The notes under the pieces: model-generated
Databases searched by the model: none
Seen by the model: the letters and a program-made list of their open reading frames with translations, nothing else
What the model was told of the DNA's origin: nothing
From: Candidatus Alloenteromonas pullistercoris
GTDB lineage: Bacteria > Bacillota_I > Bacilli_A > RFN20 > CAG-826
Direction: 5' to 3'
Length of the DNA stretch: 64,000 nt
Assembly: GCA_017694295.1 (NCBI GenBank)
Contig: JADINA010000001.1
Location: 1,117-65,116 of the forward strand
Translations under genes and position numbers: made by a program
Shown here: positions 62,294 to 64,000 of the stretch, in pieces
How positions within the stretch are numbered: the stretch's first letter is position 1
How the letters are laid out: each line of letters begins with the position of its first letter

Positions 62294-64000
62294 ATGGGAC
62301 GCAACCTCCTTGAACATGCCGCCGTCATCGCCCCGCGCTCATACTGGGGCAAATACCTCAACTACCGGCTTTCCCACCCCGAGGACGATTTCATCCTCAC
62401 CGATTTGCCTTCTCTCGAGGATTCCCTTGGCCACCGCTTCAAAAAGCAGGCCATCACCGAGCTGCTTGTCGAAGGATATTCGCTTGAGAAAGCCTCCGAG
62501 ATGCTTTCGGCCATGAGGTTTTTTAAATCTAGTGACAAGTTCGATGGCGAGGGGGAGGAAAAGCTTAGGTCCCTAGTCCCCGTTTTCGCCTCTTTATCGG
62601 AAAAAGGGCTTTACGAAGACTCAATACTGCCTTTGGAGCAATTCAAAAACCGCGACATCGTCATCGCCGGATATGGCTCGGGCGAAAGGATTTCCGCTTT
62701 GCTCCGGGAATTGCCCAACATCTCGATGTCCTTCGACATTGACGAGGGAAACGCCCTTATCGAAGACCGTAAAACAAAAATCAAATCCTCGCTAATCACT
62801 GGGAAGCCGCTTCCCGCGATCGAGGAATTCCCCGATCCGATCGCTGGGTTCCATTACCTAGCCAACCGCATCGCTGATTTGCTTGCTAATGGCGTCAAGC
62901 CCCAGGACATCGTCTTGCTCAACTACTCCTCGGAATTCGACTTCTACCTCCGCGAGGCCGCTTCCTTCTATTCCCTTCCCATCCAGCCGCCTCCATTGGA
63001 GACGCTTGCCAACACCGCGCTTGGGAAGAAGGCACTTAATTTCCTTAAAGGCCTCTCAGGCGACGCCGAAACAGCTTTAGCCGCCCTAAAGGAGGAGTTA
63101 GGCGAGCAGGGGGCGGAGATAATGGGGCAAATCGACTTCCTTTCCGATAGGAGGCTAAGCGCCTCTTCCCTTTATTTCGCCGCCAGGAAGATACTAGGGC
63201 AAGTCAAACCAAAACAGGAAGCGTGCCAAGGCGCGATAAAGGTCACAAGCGACCTCCTCCCTTCGCCGGGGCAAAAAGGCTTCTTCCTCGATTTCTCATT
63301 AAACCACGCCCCCAAGCCCTATAAGATGGGCCATATCCTCGATTCCGACTTCTTGCTTAAGAAAGCCGGCTATATGGGGATGGAGGAGGCCCAAACTCAG
63401 GCGGAGGCCGATTTGCTCCGTTGCCTCCGCTCCCCCGACATCCTCTCCTTCCTCTATTTCGGAAGCGTTAATGGCGCCCCGCGCTACCCATCCCCTTTGA
63501 TCGCCAATTTCGGCCTTTCTCATTTCACCCCGGCGCCGCTAAACTACGAATACTCAAAGTCTTTTGCAATGCTTGAGGCCGCCGAGGCCAAGGAGAACGA
63601 GGCCAAATACAAAATCCCCTCCGCCCGGCTTTCCTCTATTTCTGCTTACCTTGGGCCGATTGACGAATACCAAAACGCCTATCGGGGGGAAAAGGCCAAG
63701 CAGCCCCTTGCGAAGACGAGCTATTCAGCCCTTTCCTCCTATCTTGAATGCCCCTTTGCCTATTATTGCCAAAGGAAGTTTGGCCTTTTCGGCCCCGATT
63801 CGTTTGCCTCGGCCAAAGGAACCGCCTCCCACGCCTATTTGGAAAAAGAAGGCGGGGAGAAGGGCGAGGCGGCCTTTGAGGAGGCGATCCGGGAATCCTC
63901 TTACGCCTTCTCGCCTTCCGAGAAGCTGCTGCTTACTTTCGCCAAAGAGGACGTTAGCCGTTATTGCGAATCCTTCTATTCACTTATCGAGGGGGAGAAG
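62294..64000 (+). CDS. AddB/RexB-like helicase-nuclease subunit, 3'-truncated by the window end; open-ended ORF absent from the track
   Basis: My translation from the ATG at 62294 gives 569 codons without a stop. SYSALSSYLECPFAYYCQRKFGLF...GTASHAYLE matches the start of the AddB/RexB PD-(D/E)XK nuclease domain. I saw no N-terminal Walker A. Confidence 0.5.
   Translation, partial: MGRNLLEHAAVIAPRSYWGKYLNYRLSHPEDDFILTDLPSLEDSLGHRFKKQAITELLVEGYSLEKASEMLSAMRFFKSSDKFDGEGEEKLRSLVPVFASLSEKGLYEDSILPLEQFKNRDIVIAGYGSGERISALLRELPNISMSFDIDEGNALIEDRKTKIKSSLITGKPLPAIEEFPDPIAGFHYLANRIADLLANGVKPQDIVLLNYSSEFDFYLREAASFYSLPIQPPPLETLANTALGKKALNFLKGLSGDAETALAALKEELGEQGAEIMGQIDFLSDRRLSASSLYFAARKILGQVKPKQEACQGAIKVTSDLLPSPGQKGFFLDFSLNHAPKPYKMGHILDSDFLLKKAGYMGMEEAQTQAEADLLRCLRSPDILSFLYFGSVNGAPRYPSPLIANFGLSHFTPAPLNYEYSKSFAMLEAAEAKENEAKYKIPSARLSSISAYLGPIDEYQNAYRGEKAKQPLAKTSYSALSSYLECPFAYYCQRKFGLFGPDSFASAKGTASHAYLEKEGGEKGEAAFEEAIRESSYAFSPSEKLLLTFAKEDVSRYCESFYSLIEGEK

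Noticed and set aside
1-64000. Search for CRISPR arrays, rRNA, IS elements, transposases, integrases and prophage genes.
   Set aside because: I noticed no regularly spaced direct repeats and no recombinase or transposase motifs on either strand. The only RNA genes found are the two tRNAs.

Overview
This 64-kb chromosomal window appears to come from a monoderm (Bacillota-type) bacterium using the standard genetic code: TAA, TAG and TGA all terminate well-supported ORFs. The coding background is GC-rich, with two visibly AT-richer accessory islands at about 1.8-5.1 kb and 41.0-44.6 kb.

The dominant content, from about 5 to 38 kb, is a multi-operon beta-1,3/1,6-glucan (laminarin-type) utilisation locus. 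It contains:
- a GH81 endo-1,3-beta-glucanase with discoidin domains
- two lipoprotein GH16 laminarinases
- a GH30 enzyme
- a large GH94-clan (GH149/GH161-like) putative glucan phosphorylase
- a sugar ABC transporter (lipoprotein SBP, two permeases, MsmX/UgpC-type ATPase)
- a LacI-family repressor
- several large surface proteins of unknown function, including GLUG-like, Ig-like, OB-like and LRR modules

A LacI/CcpA-type palindrome recurs in four promoter regions of this locus. Surface proteins are tethered by lipoboxes (11 candidates) or C-terminal TM anchors. I saw no LPXTG motif, which would fit a wall-less or Mollicutes-related lineage, but that is speculation.

The rest of the window holds:
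- housekeeping genes: a CarD-like regulator, trxA, rdgB, glpK, yigZ, TraX, a CPBP protease, YhhN, an MFS transporter and a partial AddB-like nuclease
- a tRNA-Asp/tRNA-Gly pair
- a 2366-aa acidic membrane-anchored ORFan
- an M24 aminopeptidase homologue that has lost its metal ligands
- an AT-rich island carrying a short HipA-like kinase, a downstream HipA-N-like/HTH partner and a DUF4143 ATPase
- a second AT-rich island with a chimeric XRE regulator and a 2TM protein coupled to a 58-aa ORF that is missing from the ORF track

I found no CRISPR array, rRNA, transposase or integrase. All family assignments come from motif recognition by eye and need HMM or structure confirmation.
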